NCBI GenBank assembly: GCA_002067635.1 | Contig: MVRB01000209.1 | Span: 1-29,688 of the forward strand | Direction of reading: 5' to 3' | DNA from: Methanomassiliicoccales archaeon PtaU1.Bin030 | GTDB lineage: Archaea > Thermoplasmatota > Thermoplasmata > Methanomassiliicoccales > Methanomassiliicoccaceae | DNA length: 29,688 nt | Part shown: one piece after another, positions 1 through 8,930 of the stretch | Numbering within the stretch: position 1 is the first letter of the stretch | Layout: every line of letters starts with the position of its first letter | The notes under the pieces: generated by a model | The model's input: only the letters and a program-made list of their open reading frames with translations | Database searches by the model: none | What the model was told of the DNA's origin: nothing | Translations under genes and position numbers: made by a program

Positions 1-161
1 ATGCACCGCGGATCGTAGTAGGCCATGTTCCGAGAGGTTTTCCTGGGCCGAGGTAGCAGCCCCTCCTCAGTGTAAAAGTGAATTGTGGATCTTGCGACTC
101 CAGTAGCTTTTACGATCTCGCTGATGCGGATGAGGTCTCCCTTTTCTACATCCCCCTTCAT
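1..161 (-). CDS. MerR-family HTH transcriptional regulator, N-terminal part (runs off the window edge)
   Basis: My translation of the minus strand from ATG at 161 gives MKGDVEKGDLIRISEIVKATGVARSTIHFYTEEGLLPRPRKTSRNMAYYDPRC with no stop. This matches the MerR HTH pattern (ISE+.K.TGV...TI.FY..EGLL...R...N..YY). Absent from the supplied ORF track. Confidence 0.85.
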   Translation of the reverse strand, partial: MKGDVEKGDLIRISEIVKATGVARSTIHFYTEEGLLPRPRKTSRNMAYYDPRC

Positions 162-190
162 AAAGGTCTGATGCGTATAGTGTAGAGTGA

Positions 191-206
191 TACTTAATAC
201 TTTTAA
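191..206 (-). promoter_or_regulatory. Candidate archaeal BRE/TATA promoter of the MerR-type gene
   Basis: Minus strand reads TTAAAAGTATTAAGTA (purine-rich run followed by a TATA-like box), ~30-45 nt upstream of the ATG at 161, in an AT-rich spacer. Confidence 0.35.
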
Positions 207-547
207 TCAAGGGCGCATAAGGCACAGCTCGATAAAACATCTTCAATTGCTGGATCACCTTTCCATCCAGAATTATTTTGAAATTGTTTTGACCTCTTGA
301 ATACGGACTTCGATAGCGTGCGTTCTCAAACAATATTGGATTTTTATTCAACGATGTTGATGTTCGTCGGTCGAAGAGAGCCATATTTCGCGTGAGGATC
401 GTGCTCCAGGCCGATTACCAAAATATTGAAAGGAGAAATAACGGTTATAATGGCCCCTCCCTTAAGGGGCACTCATGAACTGTCATTCGCCATCCTTGTC
501 CGCAGCGAAGCCTTCCCCTCTCTATCCATCCCGGAGGCGGTATCAGC

Positions 548-1624
548 ATGAATGACGAAATGACCGCCGTCATCCTCGCGGGCGGTGAAGGGACACGCCT
601 CCGGCCGCTCACCAGCACCCGGCCCAAGCCTCTGCTGCCGGTCCTGGGAAGACCGTGCCTGGAGTATGTGATACGCGCCCTGGTCGACGCCAACGTGAGG
701 ACCGCCTACCTCACCTGCGGCTACCGCTCCCAGGACATGGTGGATGCGCTGGGCAGCGGCAGGCAGTTCGGCATCGACCTGCGGTTCGCGTTCGAGGACC
801 GCCCCGCCGGAACGGCCGGCGCCGTGAAGCTTCTGGAGAGCAAGCTCAGCGGGACCATAGTGGTGGTCAGCGGGGATGTGCTCGCCGACGTCGACATACG
901 CTCCCTGGTGGAGTACCACCATCGGAAGGGAGCCCTTGCCACCATGGCCCTGACCACCGTGGAAAAGCCCGAGGAGTTCGGAATCGTGGGCCTCGACGAT
1001 GACGGCCGCATCGCACGCTTCAAGGAGAAGCCGAGGACGGAGGAGGTGTTCTCCAACCTCATCAATGCGGGCATCTACGTGCTCGAGGCCAGGGTGCTCG
1101 AGGATGTTCCACCGGGGGAGAAGTTCGATTTCTCCAAGCAGCTTTTCCCCAAGCTCCTGGAGCGATCCGAGCGGCTGTACGGCATGCCGTTGACCGGCCT
1201 GTGGAAGGACATCGGCAGGCCCCGTGACCTCCTGGAGGCGAACATCAGGATGGCCGCGAGGAAAGGATCGGAGATCGACGTGGAAGGGGCCCGCACGTGC
1301 GGCCCCATCGTGGCCACGCGATTCCGCGCCTACGGCTGCCGGATCGAGGGGCCGGCCTACGTGGGCGAGGGAGCGTCCATCGGCAGGGGGGCCGATCTAT
1401 CCGGCTGCGCGGTAGGGGACCGCGTGGATGTCGGAGAGGACACCACCATCGCCGACTCCATGCTCATGGACGGATGCACCGTGGGTAAAGGCTCGAGTCT
1501 CTCCGGCTGCGTGATAGGCAAGGAATGCTGCATCGGCGATGACGTCCACCTGACAAATGTGCTAATGGGGGACAGGGTGCACCTGGACGGCCCGGTGGAG
1601 ATCAGGGACAGGACCCTGGAGTAG
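548..1624 (+). CDS. NDP-sugar pyrophosphorylase / nucleotidyltransferase (GCD1, mannose-1-phosphate guanylyltransferase-like) with C-terminal hexapeptide-repeat beta-helix
   Basis: VILAGGEGTRLRPLT...PKPLLPV signature, VVSGDV, F.EKP, INAGIY, WKDIG; Ile/Val-Gly hexapeptide repeats at the C-terminus; GGAGG upstream. Confidence 0.92.
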   Translation: MNDEMTAVILAGGEGTRLRPLTSTRPKPLLPVLGRPCLEYVIRALVDANVRTAYLTCGYRSQDMVDALGSGRQFGIDLRFAFEDRPAGTAGAVKLLESKLSGTIVVVSGDVLADVDIRSLVEYHHRKGALATMALTTVEKPEEFGIVGLDDDGRIARFKEKPRTEEVFSNLINAGIYVLEARVLEDVPPGEKFDFSKQLFPKLLERSERLYGMPLTGLWKDIGRPRDLLEANIRMAARKGSEIDVEGARTCGPIVATRFRAYGCRIEGPAYVGEGASIGRGADLSGCAVGDRVDVGEDTTIADSMLMDGCTVGKGSSLSGCVIGKECCIGDDVHLTNVLMGDRVHLDGPVEIRDRTLE

Positions 1625-1662
1625 GACCACCAATTGAAATATTTGGAGCCGAATAGGCGCGC

Positions 1663-2568
1663 ATGAAGGTGGGTCTCGGCAAGCATGAGCTGCTGCTCAT
1701 CGCCTCTGGCATCCTCTGGGGGACGTCGTTCGTCACCATCAAGATCGCCCTCAACAGCGAGGTCGACCCCATCTTCTTCGCTCTCCTGCGGTTCTTGGTA
1801 GGTACCGCCGCCATCATGGCCGTTGTGTTCTGGATGAGGCGCTTCGATGCCAAGGTGCTGCTGTACCCCCCGATAATATTCAACTCCTTCCTCAACGCCC
1901 TGTCCTTCGCCCTGCAGAACGTGGGAATGGAGTCCACCTCCGCCACCAACTCGGTGCTTCTGGTGAACACCAACATAGGCGTGGTGGCCATACTGGCCGC
2001 CATCTTCCTGGCGGAGGCCATCACTCCGCGCATCATCCTGGGCATAGCCCTCGGGCTGGTGGGGGTGCTGTTCATCTCCACCGACGGGGACCTCTCCGCG
2101 ATCTACAGCGGGACCTTCTGGGGCAACCTCCTGGTGCTCGCCGCGGGATGGGTCTGGGCCGTCTACATAGTCGTTCAGAAGAAGGTCCTAAACCGGAAGA
2201 CCGATGTGATAATGGTCACCGCGGCCATCATGGCCAACACCACGCTGTTCCTCGTGCCCATGACCCTTCTGTTCACGACCAGCTATGCCTTACCCGCCAC
2301 AGGCTGGATAGCGGTGGTGTACATCGGACTGGCCTGCACCTTCGGCGCCAATCTCCTGTACAACGCGGGCCTGAAGGGGGTCAAGGCCAGCATATCCTCT
2401 GTCATCCTGCTCATGGAGGTGGTGTCAGGCATGGTGTTCGCCATGATAATCCTGGGGGAGATGCCCACCGCCATCACCGCCATGGGAGGGCTGCTGGTGC
2501 TCCTCTCCATACTGATCATATCCCTCGCCACGGGCGGCCCCATCAAGAGAGCCAAGCCTAGCTCTTGA
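1663..2568 (+). CDS. EamA/DMT-family transporter
   Basis: About 10 hydrophobic helices in two repeats; ILWGTSF, LRF, LQ..G...TSATNS, LAAIFL.E, ILGE motifs. Confidence 0.92.
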   Translation: MKVGLGKHELLLIASGILWGTSFVTIKIALNSEVDPIFFALLRFLVGTAAIMAVVFWMRRFDAKVLLYPPIIFNSFLNALSFALQNVGMESTSATNSVLLVNTNIGVVAILAAIFLAEAITPRIILGIALGLVGVLFISTDGDLSAIYSGTFWGNLLVLAAGWVWAVYIVVQKKVLNRKTDVIMVTAAIMANTTLFLVPMTLLFTTSYALPATGWIAVVYIGLACTFGANLLYNAGLKGVKASISSVILLMEVVSGMVFAMIILGEMPTAITAMGGLLVLLSILIISLATGGPIKRAKPSS

Positions 2569-2968
2569 ACTTGGACAGCACTTCCTTGGCCCGCTCAGGG
2601 ACATCGGCCGCGATCGCGATCTCCTCCACGTTCGAGCCCTTATTGCCTAGTATGTAAAGCGATTCAATGTTCACGCCGGACTTTGAGAGCAGCTTCGTGA
2701 CCTTGGCCAGCTCCCCCGGTCGGTCGGGCAGGGCCACGATCTCGATCTCACGCTCGGCGAAATCCATCTTCGCCGCCTTCAAGGCGCTTCTGGCGCTGGC
2801 CTCGTCGTCGGTGACCACACGGATCATCGGCCGCGAGGAGCCCAGGTCGGTCGATATGCCGCGGATGTTGACCGCGTTCTTGGACAGCACCTCGGCGATC
2901 CAAGCAACATCCCCAGGTTTGTTCTGGACATAGACCTCGAACTCATGCGTCATTGTCCACATATTCAT
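2558..2968 (-). CDS. Tandem ACT-domain protein (amino-acid-binding regulatory domain)
   Basis: Two ACT signatures, VQNKPGDVAWIAEVLSKNAVNI and LPDRPGELAKVTKLLSKSGVNI. The start could be 2962 or 2953 instead. Confidence 0.88.
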   Translation of the reverse strand: MNMWTMTHEFEVYVQNKPGDVAWIAEVLSKNAVNIRGISTDLGSSRPMIRVVTDDEASARSALKAAKMDFAEREIEIVALPDRPGELAKVTKLLSKSGVNIESLYILGNKGSNVEEIAIAADVPERAKEVLSKFKS

Positions 2969-3051
2969 CGGGCCGGACTATTATAACTATGCAATAGACC
3001 ATCAAAGTCCGTTGAACTAACCGCAACAAAGTCCCAACTCGTCCGCCCTGG

Positions 3052-4059
3052 TCATCGGGAGTAGTGACCCACGGCACATGATTGGACCGCATCGTTACGA
3101 GGTACGACACCATAGCTGGCGTATAGGCCGTTGTAGGTGAACGAGGAGTTCAGGGCGGATTCAATGGCGCTCCCGTCGGAGGAGACTATCTGGTAGGTAA
3201 GCTCCCCTGTCCACCAGGGGACATTGAAGGCAAGCACCTTCTCCAGGTCCCAGGCGAGGACCTCCTCGCTGGTGGAAAGAGGTGGCGGGCCCATGTCCCC
3301 GCCCATAACCATCACTGATCCTTTACCTATATGTATGACCCCTGCTGTCCCTAGCAAGCCGTCCCGGTCGTACTCGAAGCCGATGGACCGGCCTCCCAGG
3401 GCCTCCAGGTCCTGCAGCTCGAAGGCATTGTCGGGGGCAACGTATCGGAAACCCAAGGCGGTGGCCATCGGGGTGGGCCCCCCATCGACACCGCCATTGT
3501 AGGACAGCTCGGTAAAGTCCAGCCTCATGGTGGCATTGGGATTGCTTTCGTTGCTCTGGGAGTACATGAACGGTACGGAGCTCTCACCGACCCCTATCCA
3601 GAGCCCTCCCCTCTCCACCCAGTGCAAGGCCGGGGCGGCGAAGTAATCCGGGAGGGAGGTCGAGGGTCCGCAGATCAATATGGCCTGAGGATCAGAGAAC
3701 ACCTTAGGCAGGCTGTCGGAACCGATGACGGAGGACACAGAATCAACCCCAAATGATCGCAGCTCATTGTTGAGATGGTCAACCATGGTGTACAGCGACA
3801 CCTTGACATCGAAGTCCAAGCTCTCTGTGATCAGGACGTAGATGTCCCCGTGCCCTATCCTATCGGCCCCCAATATCAAGGCCGAATAGCTCTGATCATA
3901 GTTTGAACATGGGATACGGTAGCCTAGGACCATGTGGCCAGAGCTAAGCTCCTCAAAGGAGAGGGTTGGTCTGGAAGGCTGTCCTCCGGAGAGGGCGATG
4001 CTGCTCACCATCAGGACCGCTACTAGAGCGGTCAGCGCCAATACGAGTTTATTCCTCAT
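3052..4059 (-). CDS. Secreted or membrane-anchored hypothetical protein
   Basis: N-terminal basic + hydrophobic signal (MRNKLVLALTALVAVLMVSSIAL); soluble remainder; start overlaps the stop of the upstream GT-C gene by 11 nt. ILICGP...LHWVERGGLWIGVG weakly resembles a class I GATase-like fold (inference). Confidence 0.75.
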   Translation of the reverse strand: MRNKLVLALTALVAVLMVSSIALSGGQPSRPTLSFEELSSGHMVLGYRIPCSNYDQSYSALILGADRIGHGDIYVLITESLDFDVKVSLYTMVDHLNNELRSFGVDSVSSVIGSDSLPKVFSDPQAILICGPSTSLPDYFAAPALHWVERGGLWIGVGESSVPFMYSQSNESNPNATMRLDFTELSYNGGVDGGPTPMATALGFRYVAPDNAFELQDLEALGGRSIGFEYDRDGLLGTAGVIHIGKGSVMVMGGDMGPPPLSTSEEVLAWDLEKVLAFNVPWWTGELTYQIVSSDGSAIESALNSSFTYNGLYASYGVVPRNDAVQSCAVGHYSR

Positions 4060-5488
4060 GTGACCGCCCCCTTAGAAATATCATCAGCCTCTTGGCCGGG
4101 TCCAGCTTCTCAGGGAGCAGAGCGAATGCCAATGCCCCGACCCCTATTACTGTAGGAATGATTCGCGCTCCTTCTGCGCTTATGCCCATGGAACCAGCAT
4201 AGTAATCTACGACCACCTGATTGATAAGATCCGTCGGTACCGCCCCAGTGTAGACGGACAGTGGGTATAGGAACGCCATGTAGGACTGGAGGGCCAGCCA
4301 GAAGACCACGCCGACCACAGAAAGGGCGAATACTATGTGCTCGAAGCGGTGCTGATATAAAGAACACAGCAGAAGGAACGGAAGCGCCCACAGCAGATAG
4401 TGAGCATGAGTTACCGGCTGGAACAACAATAGCACCACGAAAACCGACATCGAGCCAAATATCATCTGTTCCTCATGCCGTTCATGGGACGACCTCAGCA
4501 TCATGAAGACCCGGAGCAGTATGAGGAAGAGTATGAGGAACATCAGGTAGCTGGTGACCGTGTTCACAAGGGTAAACTCGTCCTGAGGAAGGGCAGAGCT
4601 CCCGTTGAATAGCACGTTCCCTGTTCGAAGCAGTCCCCAGATGTTGATGCCCCCCATGTCATTGTTGCTCATTCGACCGTTGATGAAGACCATCAGGGAG
4701 GGGTTCAATAAAACGGAGATAACTATGCTGGAAGCCCCTCCGATGGCGCCTGCGATGAACTTGATCGGGTTCTTGAGCCGGCCCATAGGATCATCTCGCG
4801 TTCTGTAGTTCACGATCACCTGACCTACAAGATAGGCGAAGCAGAAAAGGCCTAGGTAGAGCGGGTAGAGTTTCATCGATACTCCAAGGCCGACGGCCAG
4901 GCCAGCGCTTAGGTACCTTCGGCTGTACATGGCATAGAGGGCCAGCAGGGTGAGGAAAACGGCCAGTACATCGAAGTTGCCGTAGATTGATGATACGAAG
5001 ATAACGAACGGATTGAGGAACCAAAGGATGAACACCCGCCTTCCGCTATCCTCGTCCTTGATCTTCCGGACGAACCGGTACAGAAGGACCCCGCAGAGAT
5101 AGTCGGCCAAGATGAGCGGAAGCTTGTAGGTGAGGTTGAAACCGGGGGAAGTGACCGTGGGCACCACCATGTTGGTGACCCGCCCCACCTCCACCATGGA
5201 AGGTACGAACGTCACCCACTGAGTGGGGTCCGAGAACAATGCCAGTATGATGCTGAAGGGATACTCAATGAAGTTGAAAGCGGGCGGGTAGGAGTAGACC
5301 ATGTGGCCATAGGGGCCCAGCCCGGCCAGCTGATCGACGATACCTTGGTAGAAGGGATAGGTATCATATGTCCAGCTGGTCCAGGGAGCGACAGCGATCC
5401 TGATGGCGAAACCCGCCATGATGGCCCAGAGGAGCATGCGGTCTGGGAAGAGGACATCCTTGATCGTGTGTACCAAGTTACCTGACAT
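4049..5488 (-). CDS. GT-C fold membrane glycosyltransferase (GT87/DUF2029/PIG-M-like), uses a lipid-phosphate-sugar donor
   Basis: About 11-12 TM helices; acidic residue after TM1 (WTYDTY); YSYPP, LNP..IFVSSIYGNFD, MKLYP motifs. Start set at the second ATG (MSGNLV); the track starts at 5521. Confidence 0.82.
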   Translation of the reverse strand: MSGNLVHTIKDVLFPDRMLLWAIMAGFAIRIAVAPWTSWTYDTYPFYQGIVDQLAGLGPYGHMVYSYPPAFNFIEYPFSIILALFSDPTQWVTFVPSMVEVGRVTNMVVPTVTSPGFNLTYKLPLILADYLCGVLLYRFVRKIKDEDSGRRVFILWFLNPFVIFVSSIYGNFDVLAVFLTLLALYAMYSRRYLSAGLAVGLGVSMKLYPLYLGLFCFAYLVGQVIVNYRTRDDPMGRLKNPIKFIAGAIGGASSIVISVLLNPSLMVFINGRMSNNDMGGINIWGLLRTGNVLFNGSSALPQDEFTLVNTVTSYLMFLILFLILLRVFMMLRSSHERHEEQMIFGSMSVFVVLLLFQPVTHAHYLLWALPFLLLCSLYQHRFEHIVFALSVVGVVFWLALQSYMAFLYPLSVYTGAVPTDLINQVVVDYYAGSMGISAEGARIIPTVIGVGALAFALLPEKLDPAKRLMIFLRGRSHEE

Positions 5489-5569
5489 GCTCAGTTCGCT
5501 TCCTGGCCGGCCCCCCTCCATAATCTAGCATAGTAGATATATGAAACGGCCCGCCGTTCAGAGCAGGTC

Positions 5570-6391
5570 TCAGATGGTGATGAAAACAGCGGCGACAACG
5601 ATCAGCAAGAACATGCTGATCAGCATGACCTGACCAGACCTCTTGAGGATAAACGTGTTGGCCAGAGCTGCCGCCACTTTCCCCAAGATACCACACTGGC
5701 GCAGGATCGAGGTTATCACCAGAGGGCTTAGCTTGGAGGCGCCATCCCTGCGGTTGCCGAACTGATATTCGACCTCCTTGATCGTAAGATCCTTCGGGAC
5801 GAACTTCAGGAGGTCGAAAAGCACCTTGTAGCCCTTCCTCTCGAAGGATCTCCCATGCTTCTTGATGATATCCTGAGATTGTTTTGTGTGGCCTCCGAAC
5901 AGCCCGCTCATTATGTCTTGAGGGTGGGGTTGCCGGTGAAGTCGCAGATAAAGATGTGCCAATGATTGGGCGGCATCGGAGGAGACCCTTCTCGATCCTT
6001 TCAAGGCCTGCTTATGATGCCTCTTCCCTATGACCATCCCTGCCCCCCGGGTGAGCTCTTGCATCATGTCCTTCAATATCTCTGGCGGATGCTGGAAATC
6101 AGCGTCCATGACAAGGTAGTAGGGGGTTGTATTCATGAGGATGCCATCGACCACGCTTGCGGTGAGGCCCCTATCCTTGCCATTACGCACCACGATCTTG
6201 ACGTGGGAATTTCTACTGGCGATCTCCTCGACCGCCTGCACCGTCCCATCCTTAGAACCATCGTCCATGACGAGAATGTTCATACCAGGGTAGAGCTCAG
6301 TGAGACGACCAATCATCGGTCCAATGTTCTTTACTTCTTCGTACGTTGGGATGATTGTAGTAAAAAGCTCCCTCGTTGTAGACATCACCAC
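5570..6391 (-). CDS. GT2 polyprenol/dolichol-phosphate mannose synthase-like (DPM1-like) glycosyltransferase
   Basis: IIPTYEE..NI, VMDDGSKDGT, GLTASV..G, VMDADFQHPPE, D.MSG.F, F..R..G.SKL; C-terminal hydrophobic helix. Confidence 0.9.
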   Translation of the reverse strand: MVMSTTRELFTTIIPTYEEVKNIGPMIGRLTELYPGMNILVMDDGSKDGTVQAVEEIASRNSHVKIVVRNGKDRGLTASVVDGILMNTTPYYLVMDADFQHPPEILKDMMQELTRGAGMVIGKRHHKQALKGSRRVSSDAAQSLAHLYLRLHRQPHPQDIMSGLFGGHTKQSQDIIKKHGRSFERKGYKVLFDLLKFVPKDLTIKEVEYQFGNRRDGASKLSPLVITSILRQCGILGKVAAALANTFILKRSGQVMLISMFLLIVVAAVFITI

Positions 6392-6791
6392 GATCTCTGC
6401 CGTCCCTAAGTCCTCTAGCGGTTGTCGTTATATATCCTTTTCGATAATATCGTCCCCGCCCATTGTCTGGAAGGGAACAAATACCACTCCTGGATGCCAT
6501 TGTTCAGATGATCTTTTAATCCATTTTTCAGAATAAACAGATATGCTGAAGCTAAGTCGGAAAGGGTAGGATGAACATAGCGAGGAAGCTCTCAGGAAGC
6601 TCACATTGGTTGACCGAAAGTCCTATAATGGCAACCCCATTTCCCCTCCAGATGGCCCGATTCACCTCCCTGTTGTCCATATCCATGCGTTCTGATGATA
6701 TGGAACTGAGGAAGGTAGAGACCTATAGTGAAGGTCGTAAAAACCGAAAGTCCGAGTATAACTTCATGTCAAGATACGATGGAGTCTCCTT

Positions 6792-6816
6792 CCTGGTTGG
6801 TTTTATTGTAACCAGG
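6792..6816. promoter_or_regulatory. 7-bp inverted repeat bracketing a TATA-like box upstream of the GT4 gene
   Basis: CCTGGTT (6792-6798), 11-nt spacer GGTTTTATTGT, AACCAGG (6810-6816); ends 30 nt before the ATG at 6846. Confidence 0.4.
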
Positions 6817-6845
6817 CTTGACAGTATCGAGGGGAGCGGGTTTCC

Positions 6846-7907
6846 ATGAGGGTTGCGGTCCTGTGCAGGAGGCTGGATGGAAAACCGAGGAACGGATTCG
6901 AGAGGTATGCGCACAACCTTGTTGCTGGGCTGAAGGGAGCGGGGGTAGACCCCCTGCTCCCCAACCAGGAGGCTGGCCTACCGATAATGCCCTCGGGATC
7001 GCTGATATCTCCCCCATATTATGACATATTACATCCTCTTATCAAGATACTTAGAGGCCAGCTCAAGGCCGAAGTATACCATGCGGTGACCGATTCCCAG
7101 GCCATCATATTCCCCTGGCTGAAGGGTAGGAAGATAGTGACCATGCACCATGTGGACAAGACCCCTGCTGATTCCTTGCCCGAGGCGGTCTTCAGGGCCT
7201 TTTACGGCCTGGGTACCAGGATAGCCCTTCGCCAAGCTGACAAGATCATCTGCATCTCCTCCCAGACCGAGCGGGAGGTCAGGGAAGCTTACGGGGTCTC
7301 TGCCGATCGAATAGTGACGATCCCCCAAGCCCTGGCACCCGCCTTCCGGCCAATTCCAGATGTGGTCAAGGAAGGTATCGTAGGGTACATAGGCGCTTTG
7401 AAGAAAAGGAAGAACGTAGAGTTCCTGATAAGGTCTTATGCCATCTATGTCCGCAAGGAGGGCGTTCCCCCGTTAAAGCTGGTGATCTGTGGAGAGGGAA
7501 CTGACCGACCTTTCCTGGAGAACCTCTGCAGGGAGCTGGGGATATCCGATAAGGTCGAGTTCAGGGGTGAGGTCAGGGAGGAGGACCTGGTGGCAATGTA
7601 CAATTCGTTCTCCCTTTTCGTTCTGCCAAGCCACCAAGAAGGGTTCGGTTTCCCCATCATCGAGGCACAGGCATGCGGTGTCCCGGTGTTGACTCTGCAA
7701 GGAGCTTTGATACCTGAAGAGGTTGCCACAACAACAGTGAGGTGCAAAGACGAGCAGGATATGGCCGACCAGATGGCGATGATGATGTCATCGCCAGAGC
7801 TAAGGGAGAAGGTCATCGCCGAAGGACTGCGTCATGCATCCGCTTTCTCAGTAGAAGAACTAGGCACTCGAACAAAGACCACCTATGGGTCGGTCTACGG
7901 GGACTGA
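6846..7907 (+). CDS. GT4 family glycosyltransferase
   Basis: GFERYA N-terminal motif, TMHH, GALKKRKNV, LVICGEG, and the EX7E motif PSHQEGFGFPIIEAQACGVPV. Confidence 0.93.
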   Translation: MRVAVLCRRLDGKPRNGFERYAHNLVAGLKGAGVDPLLPNQEAGLPIMPSGSLISPPYYDILHPLIKILRGQLKAEVYHAVTDSQAIIFPWLKGRKIVTMHHVDKTPADSLPEAVFRAFYGLGTRIALRQADKIICISSQTEREVREAYGVSADRIVTIPQALAPAFRPIPDVVKEGIVGYIGALKKRKNVEFLIRSYAIYVRKEGVPPLKLVICGEGTDRPFLENLCRELGISDKVEFRGEVREEDLVAMYNSFSLFVLPSHQEGFGFPIIEAQACGVPVLTLQGALIPEEVATTTVRCKDEQDMADQMAMMMSSPELREKVIAEGLRHASAFSVEELGTRTKTTYGSVYGD

Positions 7908-8812
7908 AGGTCTTTTTCGGGGACCTTCTTCTGTCCGCTGGCCTTTGGGATTCTATCATGGGATCTGTTCAGACGGCGGCGCATGAAAATATCCATTGTT
8001 TCCATGAAAATGCTTTTGACCGATCGGAAACCTATGCGTCCCCCTAGAGGCCTGCTGAAATTGAGCTCGATGGGAGCCTCGACTATCTTAAAACCGTCCG
8101 AATCCGCGTTCACCAGCAGTTCGAGGTCAAAGGCGTAGCGATCCACTCTGCTCTTGTACATCTCCTTGATTAGGACCTCGCGCTTGGCCAGCTTAAAACC
8201 TGGCTGGGTGTCCGTTAGCTTCAGGCCGAACAGTGTTCGGACCATGATATGGTAGCCATAGCTGAGGAGCCTCCGCTTCGCAGGGTAATCCACTTTGGAA
8301 TCAGGGTGACGCTTCGAACCGATCACCATGTCCGCCTCAGTACGCTCCATCGTCTTAATGAAAGTTAATGCGTGCTTAGGGTGGATCTCCAGGTCCGCGT
8401 CCATGAATATTATGAGGTCCCCCCTCGCCTTAAGGGTCCCCACCCTCAGAGCGTTGCCCTTGCCAGCATTTTGGCCGTAGGTTACAGGGACCACCTCAGG
8501 ATGCACCATCGCTAGCCTGTTAAGCTCCTTCAAAGTATTGTCACTGGAACCATCATTTACGGCGATGACTTCGAACGGCTTTTTTAACTCTCCGAGAGAC
8601 CTCAAGCACTCCTGAAGGTTCTTGTAGATACGGTCCCCCTCATTAAAGCAAGGGATGATGACGGAGATGAGGTAACTTTCATTAGATAAGTGCTGTCCTC
8701 TCTCGGGGACATCGACTGCGTCAATCTCGTTCAAAGGCTGATCCGCATCTTCGGAGGGAGCAGTGAACTCAACACTCCCCTCGAGGGCTTCAATATCATC
8801 TTCTACGATCAT
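7895..8812 (-). CDS. GT2 polyprenol/dolichyl-phosphate sugar synthase-like glycosyltransferase (DPM/ALG5-like)
   Basis: SVIIPCFNE, VNDGSSDNT, GKGNALR.G, FMDADL, DTQPGFK, YAFDLELL; ~45 aa acidic N-terminal extension. Confidence 0.9.
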   Translation of the reverse strand: MIVEDDIEALEGSVEFTAPSEDADQPLNEIDAVDVPERGQHLSNESYLISVIIPCFNEGDRIYKNLQECLRSLGELKKPFEVIAVNDGSSDNTLKELNRLAMVHPEVVPVTYGQNAGKGNALRVGTLKARGDLIIFMDADLEIHPKHALTFIKTMERTEADMVIGSKRHPDSKVDYPAKRRLLSYGYHIMVRTLFGLKLTDTQPGFKLAKREVLIKEMYKSRVDRYAFDLELLVNADSDGFKIVEAPIELNFSRPLGGRIGFRSVKSIFMETMDIFMRRRLNRSHDRIPKASGQKKVPEKDLQSP

Positions 8813-8930
8813 GTACGAGGCGTCCGAATTGGCAAATGCGTTTGAAGGGTATCAATGGAGATGTCCATTTATATTTTGCGGCTCCAAGGTACGATTTATG
8901 GATATCAGGGAAAAATGTCTGATGGCGGCT

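Noticed and set aside
67-384. 105-aa minus-strand ORF in the track
   Set aside because: No recognisable motif, and its 3' part overlaps the genuine MerR HTH frame (1-161); most likely spurious.
3005-3034. AAAGTCC heptamer recurring in intergenic regions near 3005, 3028, 6617 and 6747
   Set aside because: Too short to distinguish from chance or generic BRE-like sequence without a genome-wide count.
6554-6914. Possible amber (pyrrolysine) read-through of a minus-strand frame at the TAG ending at 6723
   Set aside because: The fused translation resembles no known protein and overlaps the GT4 start; no pyl genes in the window.
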